A stretch of DNA of 64,000 nt from positions 21,931 through 85,930 of IMG/VR virus record IMGVR_UViG_3300030376_004895. The stretch is one strand, 5' to 3'. This DNA comes from a virus (Duplodnaviria; Caudoviricetes). Of this stretch, positions 27,782 to 39,400 are shown piece by piece; positions within the stretch are counted from its first letter, which is position 1; every line of letters begins with the position of its first letter. A program made the translations under genes and the position numbers. The notes under the pieces are model-generated. The model made no database searches, was not told the origin of the DNA, and was given only the letters and a program-made list of their open reading frames with translations.

Positions 27782-29953
27782 TCATAGAATGAAGTATGGA
27801 TTGTTTTCTGTGACCTTCATGTGTCTAACTACTAACTCAACATCTGCCTCAATTGGCCCCTTGTCCGAGGGTATTTGGTGATCCGCCTTCATGATTGTAT
27901 AATCCTCTATTGTAATAGTTGCAGTTTGCCTTGTAGTCGCGCTTCCTGGCTTTGTCATCGTGAAGGTGATGTCATTTGTGTTCTGATGATGTCTGCGAGT
28001 CCTCAATTCCTCCCAAAGCCTGTCATCCTCCACTAGAGCCTTGAACGTGAAGGTGTATTCCCTTGCTCCTTCTGTGATGTCCATTGGTGTCTGCGTAGCT
28101 CCGTGTTGAACCTGATCGCTATCGTTCGATGCCCCTTCATATCCTCTGATGAACCACCGAGCCGTGTTAGTATTGGAGACACTAACGCTGAAAGAAGTTG
28201 CTCTCAGGACGGGGCGACCAAATATCTCAATACTGATGTCTTGGAAGAGGTATGGCTTCTCTCCATCAACTGCGATTCCGCTAACTTTTCTGTTTGCAGA
28301 AGTGTTTGCAGTATTGTCGAACATCCTGTGGGGTGCGAATTTACTCCCTGTATCTGTGTAGTTTCTAGCCGCCTGATAATCACAGGAGATTTTCAATTCC
28401 CCCTCTGTATCTGCCGTTATGGTGGCACTACCTACTTTGCAACCACTATACAGTCTGAGAAGTTGCTCGCCACCAGGAGTAGCATCGCTGTTTCTCAGGG
28501 ATTGCTCAATGGTGAATGAAGGGAGAGTATTGTGTCCGAAGAAAGTATGCGTCACGCCGTTCTGAAGTTCTTTCGTAGTGGCATTGATGTTCGGGCTACC
28601 CTTTGTCGCATCTGCGGTGTATCGTAATCTGTCAATCCCACAATCTGCAACTGCGTGAGCATACAATAGCCCTTCTTCGAGATGGAGATAATCGCCACCA
28701 ACTGCGATGACTCTCCTGATCTCATGCTTGAAGATTGTCGGAGGAGTTCCATCCTGCCCAGGAATCTGATGAGTGCTCTTGTCGATGATCTGCACATAGT
28801 CTCCAACAGAGAACATTGCACGAACGGTTGCACCCACATTGAGGAGAGTATCTCCAATGGATGCCGCACCTGCTAAGGGAGGCATTAGCACTACGCATTT
28901 GTTCTGAACAAGTGCTAGAGCTGCCGCACCGGAGTCGATGTCTGCTATCCCCTGGACATCATTAGAGGATATTGCCGTGTATGATGCGTATTTCGTAGTG
29001 CCGCTACTGTTCACTTTGAGGACACCGGCCGCAGTTCCGCTTGTGACGGCAAACACGGTCTTCGATGTCAAGGTGACATTGGTGCTACTTGTCGATGCCA
29101 CTTTAGCACCGATCATGAAGTTGGTTCCACTTGTCGTGGACAGGCTATCTAACCCTGTAAATGTGGTTCCTGTCCCTCCAATTGCTGTGTAATCACCTGC
29201 GGTTCCCGAAGCAGATTGCAATTCGGCTCTGCCTGTCTTCGACCCATCGCCACCCACGTTGAATAGCTTCTCTGAGATAGTGTGGCTACCTGCTGCTAAT
29301 GTCGCCAATGAGCCGTTGCCTCTTGCCGTATGCCCCCCAAGTGCATACTTCAACCACCTCATAGTGTGAGCATTGACCTCAAGCGAACCTCCATCGAGAG
29401 TCTCTCTGCCGCTTGTGATCACATTGACATCCCTGCCCATGCCAATGACGTGTTGCTTCCTCACATCTATCTGAGGCTCGGGAACGGCAAACTCGTTCAA
29501 GAGTCCAATGAATTGATCTGTTCTGACCTTCTGCCCATTGGTGGCATCGGACATCGAAGAGTCGAAGGTAGGGCATTGATATGACTCAATTAGAAGATTG
29601 TCGGATGAACCTGCCGCCTGGGATGCGCTTGTGGCTAATGCGGGTTGAACGGTGATTGTTCCGGCAGTTGTGTCATTTGCCGTGATGTAGTAGGATCTCC
29701 TCGTTGTTGCATAGTCATCTGCCGAGAAATTAGTCCCACCTGTGATTTTCGCAACGCACCCAACAAGGATGTTGTCAGGTATCTCCACGTCCGTTCCGCT
29801 ACCCGTATGCCAATAAGCACCCGTTCCTACGGTTATCGTGCTAGTGCTACTCGTGCTTGATGTCAATGTCCAGGTGGCCCCATCGCACCGTAGTCCCGTT
29901 TCTTTTCCGAAGGAGACTTCGGCAAGATCTCCCTTGTATAGTGCATTCGCCAT
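27782..29953 (-). CDS. Major tail tube protein with inserted beta domains (723 aa)
   Basis: VSFGKET start, LPSFTIEQ...LYSGCKVGSATITA...LKISCDY, ITEGAREYTFTF, position upstream of the chaperones. No sheath gene present. Confidence 0.75.
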   Translation of the reverse strand: MANALYKGDLAEVSFGKETGLRCDGATWTLTSSTSSTSTITVGTGAYWHTGSGTDVEIPDNILVGCVAKITGGTNFSADDYATTRRSYYITANDTTAGTITVQPALATSASQAAGSSDNLLIESYQCPTFDSSMSDATNGQKVRTDQFIGLLNEFAVPEPQIDVRKQHVIGMGRDVNVITSGRETLDGGSLEVNAHTMRWLKYALGGHTARGNGSLATLAAGSHTISEKLFNVGGDGSKTGRAELQSASGTAGDYTAIGGTGTTFTGLDSLSTTSGTNFMIGAKVASTSSTNVTLTSKTVFAVTSGTAAGVLKVNSSGTTKYASYTAISSNDVQGIADIDSGAAALALVQNKCVVLMPPLAGAASIGDTLLNVGATVRAMFSVGDYVQIIDKSTHQIPGQDGTPPTIFKHEIRRVIAVGGDYLHLEEGLLYAHAVADCGIDRLRYTADATKGSPNINATTKELQNGVTHTFFGHNTLPSFTIEQSLRNSDATPGGEQLLRLYSGCKVGSATITADTEGELKISCDYQAARNYTDTGSKFAPHRMFDNTANTSANRKVSGIAVDGEKPYLFQDISIEIFGRPVLRATSFSVSVSNTNTARWFIRGYEGASNDSDQVQHGATQTPMDITEGAREYTFTFKALVEDDRLWEELRTRRHHQNTNDITFTMTKPGSATTRQTATITIEDYTIMKADHQIPSDKGPIEADVELVVRHMKVTENNPYFIL

Positions 29954-29978
29954 GTGCTATCAGAGATTGCTAATCGGG

Positions 29979-29990
29979 CAATGCTATTTA
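29979..29990 (-). promoter_or_regulatory. Candidate late promoter element (TAAATAGCATTG)
   Basis: TATA-like plus ATTG in the gap upstream of the tube gene. Differs by 1 nt from the copy at 45120-45131. Confidence 0.45.
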
Positions 29991-29997
29991 GCAACTA

Positions 29998-30264
29998 TCA
30001 CTCAGAATCGGAATCTTCGTCTTCAGACTCTTCTTCTGCGTCTTCTTCCGGTATAACGGAGGACTCAGCCCTATTGCGGGCCTGTTGAGCTGCGAATACT
30101 TCGGACACATCTCTGTTGAGTTGTTGGGTTCTGGACTGAACGTAGTTGGTAATGTCCTGGTTGCAAGCCTCGTGTAGCCTTAATAGAACCAAGCGATCAG
30201 CATTCTGTTGCTGGAGGATTGGTATTGCTTCTTCTGCGGTAATAGTGCGTGGCTCGTCAGTCAT
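29998..30264 (-). CDS. Hypothetical helical protein with acidic tail (88 aa)
   Basis: ORF with its own AT-rich upstream gap. Confidence 0.6.
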   Translation of the reverse strand: MTDEPRTITAEEAIPILQQQNADRLVLLRLHEACNQDITNYVQSRTQQLNRDVSEVFAAQQARNRAESSVIPEEDAEEESEDEDSDSE

Positions 30265-30299
30265 TATACCGCCTCGGGTGTTTAAGGTTCATAAAGATG

Positions 30300-30458
30300 T
30301 CAGGACTGAGAGCATTCGTGAGCATCAATTACGTCATAGCAATCATCGCCGATCACCAATAATCCACATTGGCTACATTCCACATAGACATTCTTCTCAT
30401 TCTCTAAGATGAGGTCGTGTCGTTCTTTCTTCGTTAGTCCTTCGTGTATTTCAGCCAT
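30300..30458 (-). CDS. 52-aa zinc-binding microprotein
   Basis: Not in ORF track. MAEIHEGLTKKERHDLILENEKNVYVECSQCGLLVIGDDCYDVIDAHECSQS (CxxC...HxC). Start overlaps the end of the fibre gene. Confidence 0.65.
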   Translation of the reverse strand: MAEIHEGLTKKERHDLILENEKNVYVECSQCGLLVIGDDCYDVIDAHECSQS

Positions 30459-33400
30459 CTAATCTTGCCTCCAATTCCTCAACCTTAGCCGTCAGCTCCT
30501 GAACCGCCTTGACAAGCATCGGAACGAGCATTGACGTATCAAGGACGTGGAAGTCATCAAGTCCTTGCTCCTCTGTTAGTGTGACCGCATCGGGGATGAC
30601 TTCCTTGAACTCCTGGGCGATGAAGTTTATCTGATCCTTCGCCCCGTCTATGTAGTCGAACTTGACGGGCCTTAGTGAGTTGATTACATCCAAACTCGAA
30701 TCCAATTCGACTATGTTTTCCTTGACTCTCATGTCAGAAGACGTAGCCCAAGCCGAGTTCGTTGCCCTTCCTTGCCCATTGACATGGATGATATGGGAAG
30801 GAGCCGTGACTCCTATGCCGAGTTGCCCTCCTCCATCGAGATACATCTTCTCAGTAGGGGTAGTGCCGGAAGTCGTGCTGGATCTTGTCCAGAACATCAT
30901 TCCCGTTGGTCTGCCCCAATTGGATGAGTCATCGCCCCTTGCACCGATACCTGCCCATTTGTCAGTTTCATCCTCATTACCCCATCCTGATAGTTTGAGT
31001 TTGATACCGACTCCGTATCCATCAGAATTTGCATTCTTGGCGTTGGCGACTGTCACAGGCCATTGGATGGTATCATCAGTTGATTGGGCGACAAGCGCAC
31101 CCGTCACCTTACTATGGTCTGCCGCTTGCATCTGGTCGAATCCATCGTGGATGAGCCTCAAAACCGCTTGATCGGAGTATTGACTGTCATCACGGATGCG
31201 AACAAGGTCATTGTCCATATTGGATGCAGATTGGTTTCTCGTGATCTCCAAGCCAATGCCACTTGTCGTTGTGACAGTCCATGTTGGGTTGTTCGCCAGG
31301 TTGAGGTTGGTGTCAATATCGCCACCGTCTGCGGCCCACTCAAGGACGGTTCCACTTGAAGGCCACTTGAGAACTTGACCTGCGGAACCTGCTGTGCCAG
31401 GAATGACGTAGGCATTGTTGTTCGTTATCCCGCTTCCGTCAGATAGAATCTCGAACCTCTCAACTGCCGCACCGCTTGATACGGAGCTTGTTCCTGAATA
31501 GAATTTCAAGTGATTGACATTCTCTATTCTCCAATCGTTGTAGTTGTCACCCGTTCCCCAAGTGTCATGCGTCCCTCTCATCATCTCTATTCTTGGTGCA
31601 GGTGATGAGTTCGTATCGGCGTGTATTCTGAGTAATTGATTTGCAGTTGCGGATTGTATGTATGTATCGCCTTTAACGTGAAGCAATACCTCTGGACTTG
31701 TAGTGCCTATTCCGACATAGCCCTCCTGTCCGAGAATGGTGAATCTGTCAGTCAAATTGGCAGTTCCTATCTTCCTCGTTGCGATTCTGAAGTCACTTGT
31801 ATGGTAGTCATCGGTCACACCATCAGATGTTCCTGAATTACCATGCACGTTGTATAGTTCAACTGTGGTATTACCACTATTACCCGTGTGTTTTCTGAAA
31901 GCAATCTTGCTTAGAACATCCCCCGCACTCAAGGATGCTACGTTTGTATTGCGATAGATGCCAAGAATAGGTGCAGTAGCGTGTTCTATCGTCATTGTAT
32001 CTGGTGGTGTATCTGTGCCTATTCCGACCTTGCCAGCAGAAGTGATCCTCATCTTCTCAGCAAGTGTCCCTGCTAGGGAAGTGCTGAATGTCATGTAGCC
32101 ATCTTCGGCAGTATTTGTTGAATCTTCGATATTGCCAGTCATCCTAGCATACTCATGGCCTGATGATGCACTACCTGAATCGCCAAATTGGAACTTGATT
32201 GCTGAACCGTAGTTTGCACCAGTAGCATCCCTTCTCAATACTAAGTGTGCTTCATTAGTAGCATTGTATATCGTAGTGTCACCAGCAATTTGTAATGTGG
32301 AAACCGGACTAGCAGTATAGATTCCTACGCGATCAGTCGAACCATCGACCATTATCGCAGGTGTTGCTGAGTCTCCGTATATCTTGGTGTCCCAATCGAA
32401 ATGCTCCCTGTTGAACTCAAGGGTTCCCGTAGTGGTGTCGTGGTCGGTCATCTTCATGATTGACCTGCGAGTGGATGCACCTCCTGTTATCTCGAAATTC
32501 CCATAGGTGTCCTCTGTCAGATCAGTCCAGGTATCTGAGCCGTGTTGCGACAGTAGCCTCAATGTCGCATCTGCATCGGCAGAGGCATTGTCATTAGCGA
32601 TAGTCACCATAGTTGATGTTTTTGTGGAATAGAAGTATCCGCCGTTGATTAACGAGGAGATGGGTGGTTCAGTCCCATCGCACAGATCGACCCTCGGGCC
32701 GAACAAGTATCCGTCTGGATCGGTGTTGCCTGTATCATCGTAATAGAACAGGAAGGAACGGTGTTTTGAGGTGGTTGTATCGGTGTGCCATCTGAATGAG
32801 TCTGTGATGTTAGCTTCTTTCTTCCCCGTATCGACATCATAGATTCCACCATAGATGTTAGTGTCGGGAGCAGTATCGCCGCTTCCCAGGACATGACCCA
32901 CTAGCAAATACCACTTGCCCGTTTCAGGTAAGTCACCAGCCCAAAAGTATGGGTTGGTGCTCACCTGATCGTTGTCGATGTGAACTACACCATTCGTGTT
33001 TCCATAGCCGTGAGTGCCGAAATACAGAGTCATCGAGCCGCTACCGGATTGCGGACTCTCTTGCCTGGCGAAGACGCTGAAACGGTATGTCCTGGTGTGA
33101 TCGACAGGGAAGGCATCAGTTGTCCAACCACCATCTCCCCCTCCTGCATCCATGTTAGTCATTTGCCATAGGATTCCTCGTTGCGGATAGTATGGAGATG
33201 GCGTATCACCCCATACTCGTGAGTTCTCGTTAGTGTTGCCATTCTGAACGAAGTCGAAGTATCCGTTTGTATCGGATCCCGTTCCTACCGTCCATTGGAC
33301 ATCGAGCACTTGGCTACTCGCACCCACTACTCGGCTATTCTTATCGACAAATACTCCTGTGGATGTGACGTTGCCCTGGAACTCTGTATTAACTCCTTCA

Positions 33401-36400
33401 ATCAAGAGGTTGCCACTTGAGGGGAAACTGATTGCTTGGTTGCCGTTGCTCGCATTCTTGATTTTGTATGCGCCTTGACTAATGTGAATGTCACCGCTTT
33501 GAACATAAGTATCACCAACGACATGGAGAGGATGTGAGGGACTCGTAGTTTTTATTCCGACCCTACCATCGCCCCTCACAATCATCACATCTTCGTTATC
33601 GCTGAATCTGAATGTGAAGTTATCAGTCGATGCAGTTCCGCCTTCGTGCTTGATGTAATGTCCACCTGCACCATTGAAGTGCAGATTGCTAGAAAGTTCA
33701 ATCGAGCCTGTGACATCCAATGGGCTTGAAGGACTCGAATTGCCTATTCCGACATTACCATCAGGGCCGTGTATCCTCATGGCTTCGACTACTGTGGAAT
33801 CGCCGTCCGTCCCACCTGCATTGGTGGCAAATATGATGTCATCCGTATCGCGGTTGGTTTGGAGATACAAAGAATTACCATGTGCTTGAATCCTTGAACT
33901 GCTACCATCTCCGAATACCCTGATGTCTCCACCACTCGTATTACCGAGTTGTAGGTAGCCTGACCCGTTTGCTCTGATGATGCCATTATTTTGAACAAGG
34001 ACTTGACCATCTTCGGCAATCCTCATTCTTTCCACGTTGCCATCGTTGTCATTCGTGAAGAATACCAATGCCCCACTCGCCCAAGAGTTAGCATTCCTTG
34101 TGTTGTAGGTGGCTGATATAGCGGCTACTGCTACGGGGTTCGCATTAGCGGGGTTGCCATCATCATCCTCGTGAGTGGTGAATGCTATGTGGGGCGACCA
34201 GTTGTTGTTTGTCGGATCTTCGTTATGCAGGGCAAGACCGATTTCTTGCTCATCCCAATCCGTGTTTGCATCATCGGCATGGATAACCATCTTTGCGGCT
34301 CGTTGATGACTACCTGTTAGGAATATTCCATTTTCGACTTCATACGCAGTTGAACCCACATGGAGCTGTGCGGCAGGGCTTGTAGTGCCTATTCCGACCC
34401 TGCTTGTAGATGCTTCTCCGAATAGGTAAGTGCCACCTGTTCCCCTCACTAGGAAGTCAATGTCATCCGAGTCGGCTGCTATGATTACCTGCTTCTGACT
34501 GTGCGATTGAACTGTGACATACTCATCGCCTCCATTCTCTGGAGTTGCCATTATGCCCGCTTTGTGATTGGATGCATACTGCCTACCGAAAATCCAATCC
34601 TCTGTCACCGAACCATCGCTGTTGTCGTAATCCCCTATCACCATACCTGCGGCACGATAGCCATCTGCGAAGACTCTGATACCTGCTACTTGATCGCCCG
34701 ATGAAGCGTTGTCGGACTTGAATGTCGCAAGCGCACTATCGCCTTGTAGCGTAAGATTCGGGCCACCTGTAAGGGCGGTGCTCTCACCACTCTTACCTAA
34801 GAAGAGGTTTCCGTCAATATCTAATTTATGTTGTGGGGATGTGACTCCTATCCCGACATTACCATCGGATTTGATCGTCATTTTCTCTTGACGACCTGTT
34901 CCTGCATCGGTAGTATAGAAGTGAAGGCTACCTGTGACTGTGGCGTTTGCAGTAAGCCCTGTGTCAATCGTAGCACCGATACCACCGACTTCCTGTGCGC
35001 TACCATTGTTTTTCTTAGTCCTGAAGTGGATGTTAGAACCTGCTCCGTCTGCATCCATATTCATTCTGGTGATGTTTAGTGGCCCATAATTCGCCCCGTT
35101 GTTAGTAGTGGATGATGCCTCACGAATGTCCCAGGGAACGGGCGTTCCGCTTCCTGTGTGACTTGCGAGAATAACTTGGTCGGTTCCTGTGTTGTCAATG
35201 ATCACATTACCATCGTGATCGCCCTGTGCTTGGAATGTCCCTGTGACATCGAGTGTGAAGCCAGGACTCGTAGTGCCTATTCCGACTCTCATTGTGCTAC
35301 CATCTAGCATCATCAAGTCAGTATTAGCGGCATTCATCCTGAATCGTATGTCGCCATTATCTATTCTTTGGTCAATGTAAGAAGCACTTGCTCTATGGAA
35401 TGCGAAAGCATTGTTTGTCATTAGGGTGTAATAGTCATCTGCTTGTAGTCCTACTTGTATTGACCCATTATCCACATGAAGTGTAGTCTCAGGACTCGTA
35501 GTGCCTATTCCGACTCTCGCGTTCGCCCCATCAATCTTCATGACATCGGTGTTCGCAGATTTGAATGTCATCGAATCATCGGCAATCGTGATCTGCTCCT
35601 GGGAACTCATGGCACGTTGTAATTTCAGATCCTCGTTGTATGAGGAAACTATTCCCGAATCAACCACTATTTGCTTGTTGAGATAGAATTTGCTGACATC
35701 GGTGCTGATGTGAGCATAAGTGCCGTTCTGAGGCCCAAATGAAATATATCCATTACTGTTTCTAGCTTGGAAAGTGACACCAGAATCTGGAGTGTAGGAT
35801 TTCCAACAGTTATCTCCCTCATCAAAGAGGAGCGTAGCGTTTGCCGTGTCTCCCCTCTCAACCTCGATACCCGCATCGACATCGGCAGGTGTCCCTGTGA
35901 CGTTGCTATTGAGGACAACGATGTTATCCTCTACGGCAAGGTTGGTCGTGTTGATGGTGGTCGTTGTTCCTGATACAGTCAAGTCACCTGCGACAGTCAC
36001 ATTTGCACCTGATAGCGTTAGGGCAGTAGTTCCACCAGATGATTTGATGTCATTACCACTAACTTGTAAATCTCCTGAAACGGTGACATTACCTGTTCTA
36101 TTGATGTCAAGTAAGTTTGTTCCGGCGGCATTCCTAAAGAGGAAGCCATCTCCGTCACCGTTGTCTCGAAGAATGAATCTCAAATCTCTATTAAGTGGGC
36201 CGATGATTTCGGCATATGTGTCCGATCCGGCGTAGTTCATCGTAAGGGATCCTACTGCCGATGCCGCACCTGTGACAGTCAAAGCCCCTGTTAGCGTTCC
36301 ACCGGCAGAAGTAGTCTCGAACGACTTAGTGTTATCATAATACAGCTCGACATTGCCATTCTTGTTTATCTCAATGCCCTTTTCAGTTCCAATGTTGAAT

Positions 36401-39400
36401 TGGATACCTGCGCCATCCTCATTCTTGAATATCATCCAGGAGTCTGTTGCCGCATTGTGAGTTATGCGTGTATGCGAACCATCGAACTTCAACTCCAATT
36501 GTTGCGAAGCACCCAATCTCAGCCTTGCATCATTGACAGGCAGATCAACGCTGTTGTATGATTGGCTGCCATTTGAATTGCCACCTCTAAGCCTCAATAC
36601 TTCTTGAAGAGTGAATACATCATCATTTGAGTCATTTGTGTCAAGGTAGAATGACATCTGCCCTTCATTGACAAGACTCGACCCTACTGATTTGTATGCA
36701 ATCCTAGCATCAGCAGTATCGGTTCTGAATGTGACACCTGCCCATGACCCATCTGTGGTCGATTCGTTCTCAATGTATAGGCCACCGCCTTGAGCATTAG
36801 CCCCGATAGCACCCGCACCGCTTGATGAGCCGCTACCCTCTGGATCAGTCCTGTTATCTGTGTATTTCAGATGAAGAGGGAACAATGGAGCTGTTTCGCC
36901 TATTCCTAACTTACCTGCTGAATTAAGTGTCATCTTTACTGCCGCACTTGTGGCGAACTTTATGTCGGCGGCTTCGGCATTCCAAATATAGAAATGCTCA
37001 CCTGCGACTTGTAATAAGGAACCATGACCGGAAGCCGTTCCTGTTGTATCGTTGGTTAGTCTCAGTTCTGGAAGAGTAGCATCATTGATGTGTAGTCCTC
37101 TTCCACCATTTGAGTAATTTGCAGGGCTACTTGTTCCTATTCCCACATAACCATCAGAAGCAATCCTCATGGCTTCGTTCTTAGTGCTACTACCGCTATG
37201 GGGGCTGAATACGATAGCCGCCGCACCGCTTGACACGTTCGTCAGTTCAAACTCTATGTCTCCGGCAGGAACGGTATTCCAAAAGCCCTCGATGCCTATT
37301 CTCTCTCCAAGTGCATTGACTGTCGAATCCCTTAGCCTTAGCATCAGATTCTCAGCATCAGACTCGCTTCTCTCGATGTGGAGTTTGGTTGCGGGAGTAG
37401 TAGTGCCTATTCCGACATTGCCCGTTGTTCCTTCTACCACTAATCTATAGGCTGACGCATCTATATTGTATAAACCAAATGCGCCTGTTCCATCCACAGT
37501 ACCAGCATTGTCAGCCGCAGAAATTAATCTCCACTCATCCCCTCCTGTTGCAGTAGCATCAAGGCTAATCTGTGAACCTGTGATATGAGATGAATCAACA
37601 CTCAATGACACTTCTGCGTTATCTGAAATATGAAGTTTAGTAGTTGGGGCTGTATTGCCTATTCCGACCTTGCCATCAGTCTTGACCACCATATGGACAT
37701 TGTTGCCCTCAACGATGCGTAGTTTGTCGCTATCTGCCCCCCTTGCCTGTAATTTCCAATGATGGGAATCGGTCTTTATCTCAACCGCAGGGTTGCTGCT
37801 TGATCCTGTGTCTTCCACAAGGAGTGACGTTCCACCATCAGTTCCCTTTAGGTGCAGGGTATCATCAGGACTTGCAGTTCCAATTCCTACTCGTTGATTC
37901 GCAGTATGAAGATACATAGGGGTTGCAGTAATTCCATCATAGATCCTATACTGAGTATCGCTTCCTCCACCAAGACCCATTGCCATTGTTCTGAAATAAG
38001 CAGGAGAAAGTGTGCTGGAGTTGCCTTCTCCATCGGTAGCAGGTGTGGTTGTGGAACCCGTTGTCGTGTTATACCAAGTCCAAGAAGTAGCGGGAATGTT
38101 ATCCCCATGCCTTACGTTCTGTATGACTTGTAGGTATTTCTTATTCCATGCTTGGTCGTTTCTGAAATACAGAGTTGCCTTCGGGTCTGAACCCCCGCTA
38201 CTATGGTCGAATACCATTAGGAAGGTATCTTGAGCAGTTGAAGCGTAAGGCCCATGAATAGTGAAAGCCTTTGTCCACCAGGTAGTAGCGAACTCACCAC
38301 GAATCAATAATTCTGTCCAATGAGAGGCGTTTCCTCTTTGAGTTATCTTTGCATGGAATGAGAATGAGTCATAGTTGCTTCCATCCATGATCCACTCGCA
38401 AACCTTGATCCACTTGTTTGCGTTATTGCCATCAGCGACTCCTAGTGTGTATGAGTTAGGAGTAAATTGTCTGTTATCCGAACCATATAGCTCTCCCTTG
38501 TCATTTAGAGTCAGTTTCGTTGCCCCGCCCGTTTGGAAAAACATATCGTCATCAGCATGGAGAGTTAAATCATCGTCAGCCGCTAATGTAATATCAGTTC
38601 CAGTAGCATTCCAATATAGGTAGGAACCTGTGGCATCTGCGCTTAGGAACATCTTACCTGCTTGACCAGTATATCCTACTTTCGCGTTAGTAGTATTCAA
38701 AAATGTTTGAGCATCTTCCACCTTGACTCTTTGTGTGCCATTTGTTTTCAAAGTAATATGATTACCTGCCCCATTCGCAACAATATCCAATCCTGTTCCA
38801 TCTGTGATGAGTCTGACATCGAAGTCATCAGATGAGTTATTCTTCAAGTCGATGTAAGCACCGGAAGACCCACCCATTTCTATGCGACCATAGCCACTTG
38901 AGGGATATATGGCTAACAACCCCGATGGGTCATAAGTCAAGGTCGATTCGACAGATGCCTCATCTGCATCCTTGTAGGTCAAGACACCATTGGCAGTTGA
39001 GCCATCGAAAGCGATTCCTCCCGCGCCACCTGTGTCTATGGAATCTTGCAAGTCATCAATCGTCATGTATTTCCAGGAGGATGCCGACTCATCCCAAAGT
39101 ATGATCTTGTCATCCGTAGCATCAGTCGATTCAGTCAGTTGAGTCAGAGTTGCAGGGTCGGCTAGACCAAGAGTGGCAGAGTAGGAACCTGAGCCTGTGT
39201 TCGTTTCGCTCGCTATCGTGATAGGGGATGTGACTGTGAGATCAACGCCCGTGATGTCGCCCGTGTTGGTAGTGTATCCGTATGACAGTATCTTGTCCTG
39301 GACGGCGGCTGAAGTCATGATGGTGGTGTCGTTATCCGCAAAGGACTCCGAACCTGTCTGTATGGCAGAACCAGCTATGTTCGCTACTGCAACACTCTGC

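Noticed and set aside
27782-29953. Contractile tail sheath
   Set aside because: Pattern fits a tube protein. There is no separate small tube gene and no baseplate wedge set.
31704-37668. CRISPR array
   Set aside because: Repeats are only 13-29 bp, irregularly spaced by 228-1902 bp, lie in-frame inside a CDS, and no cas genes are present.
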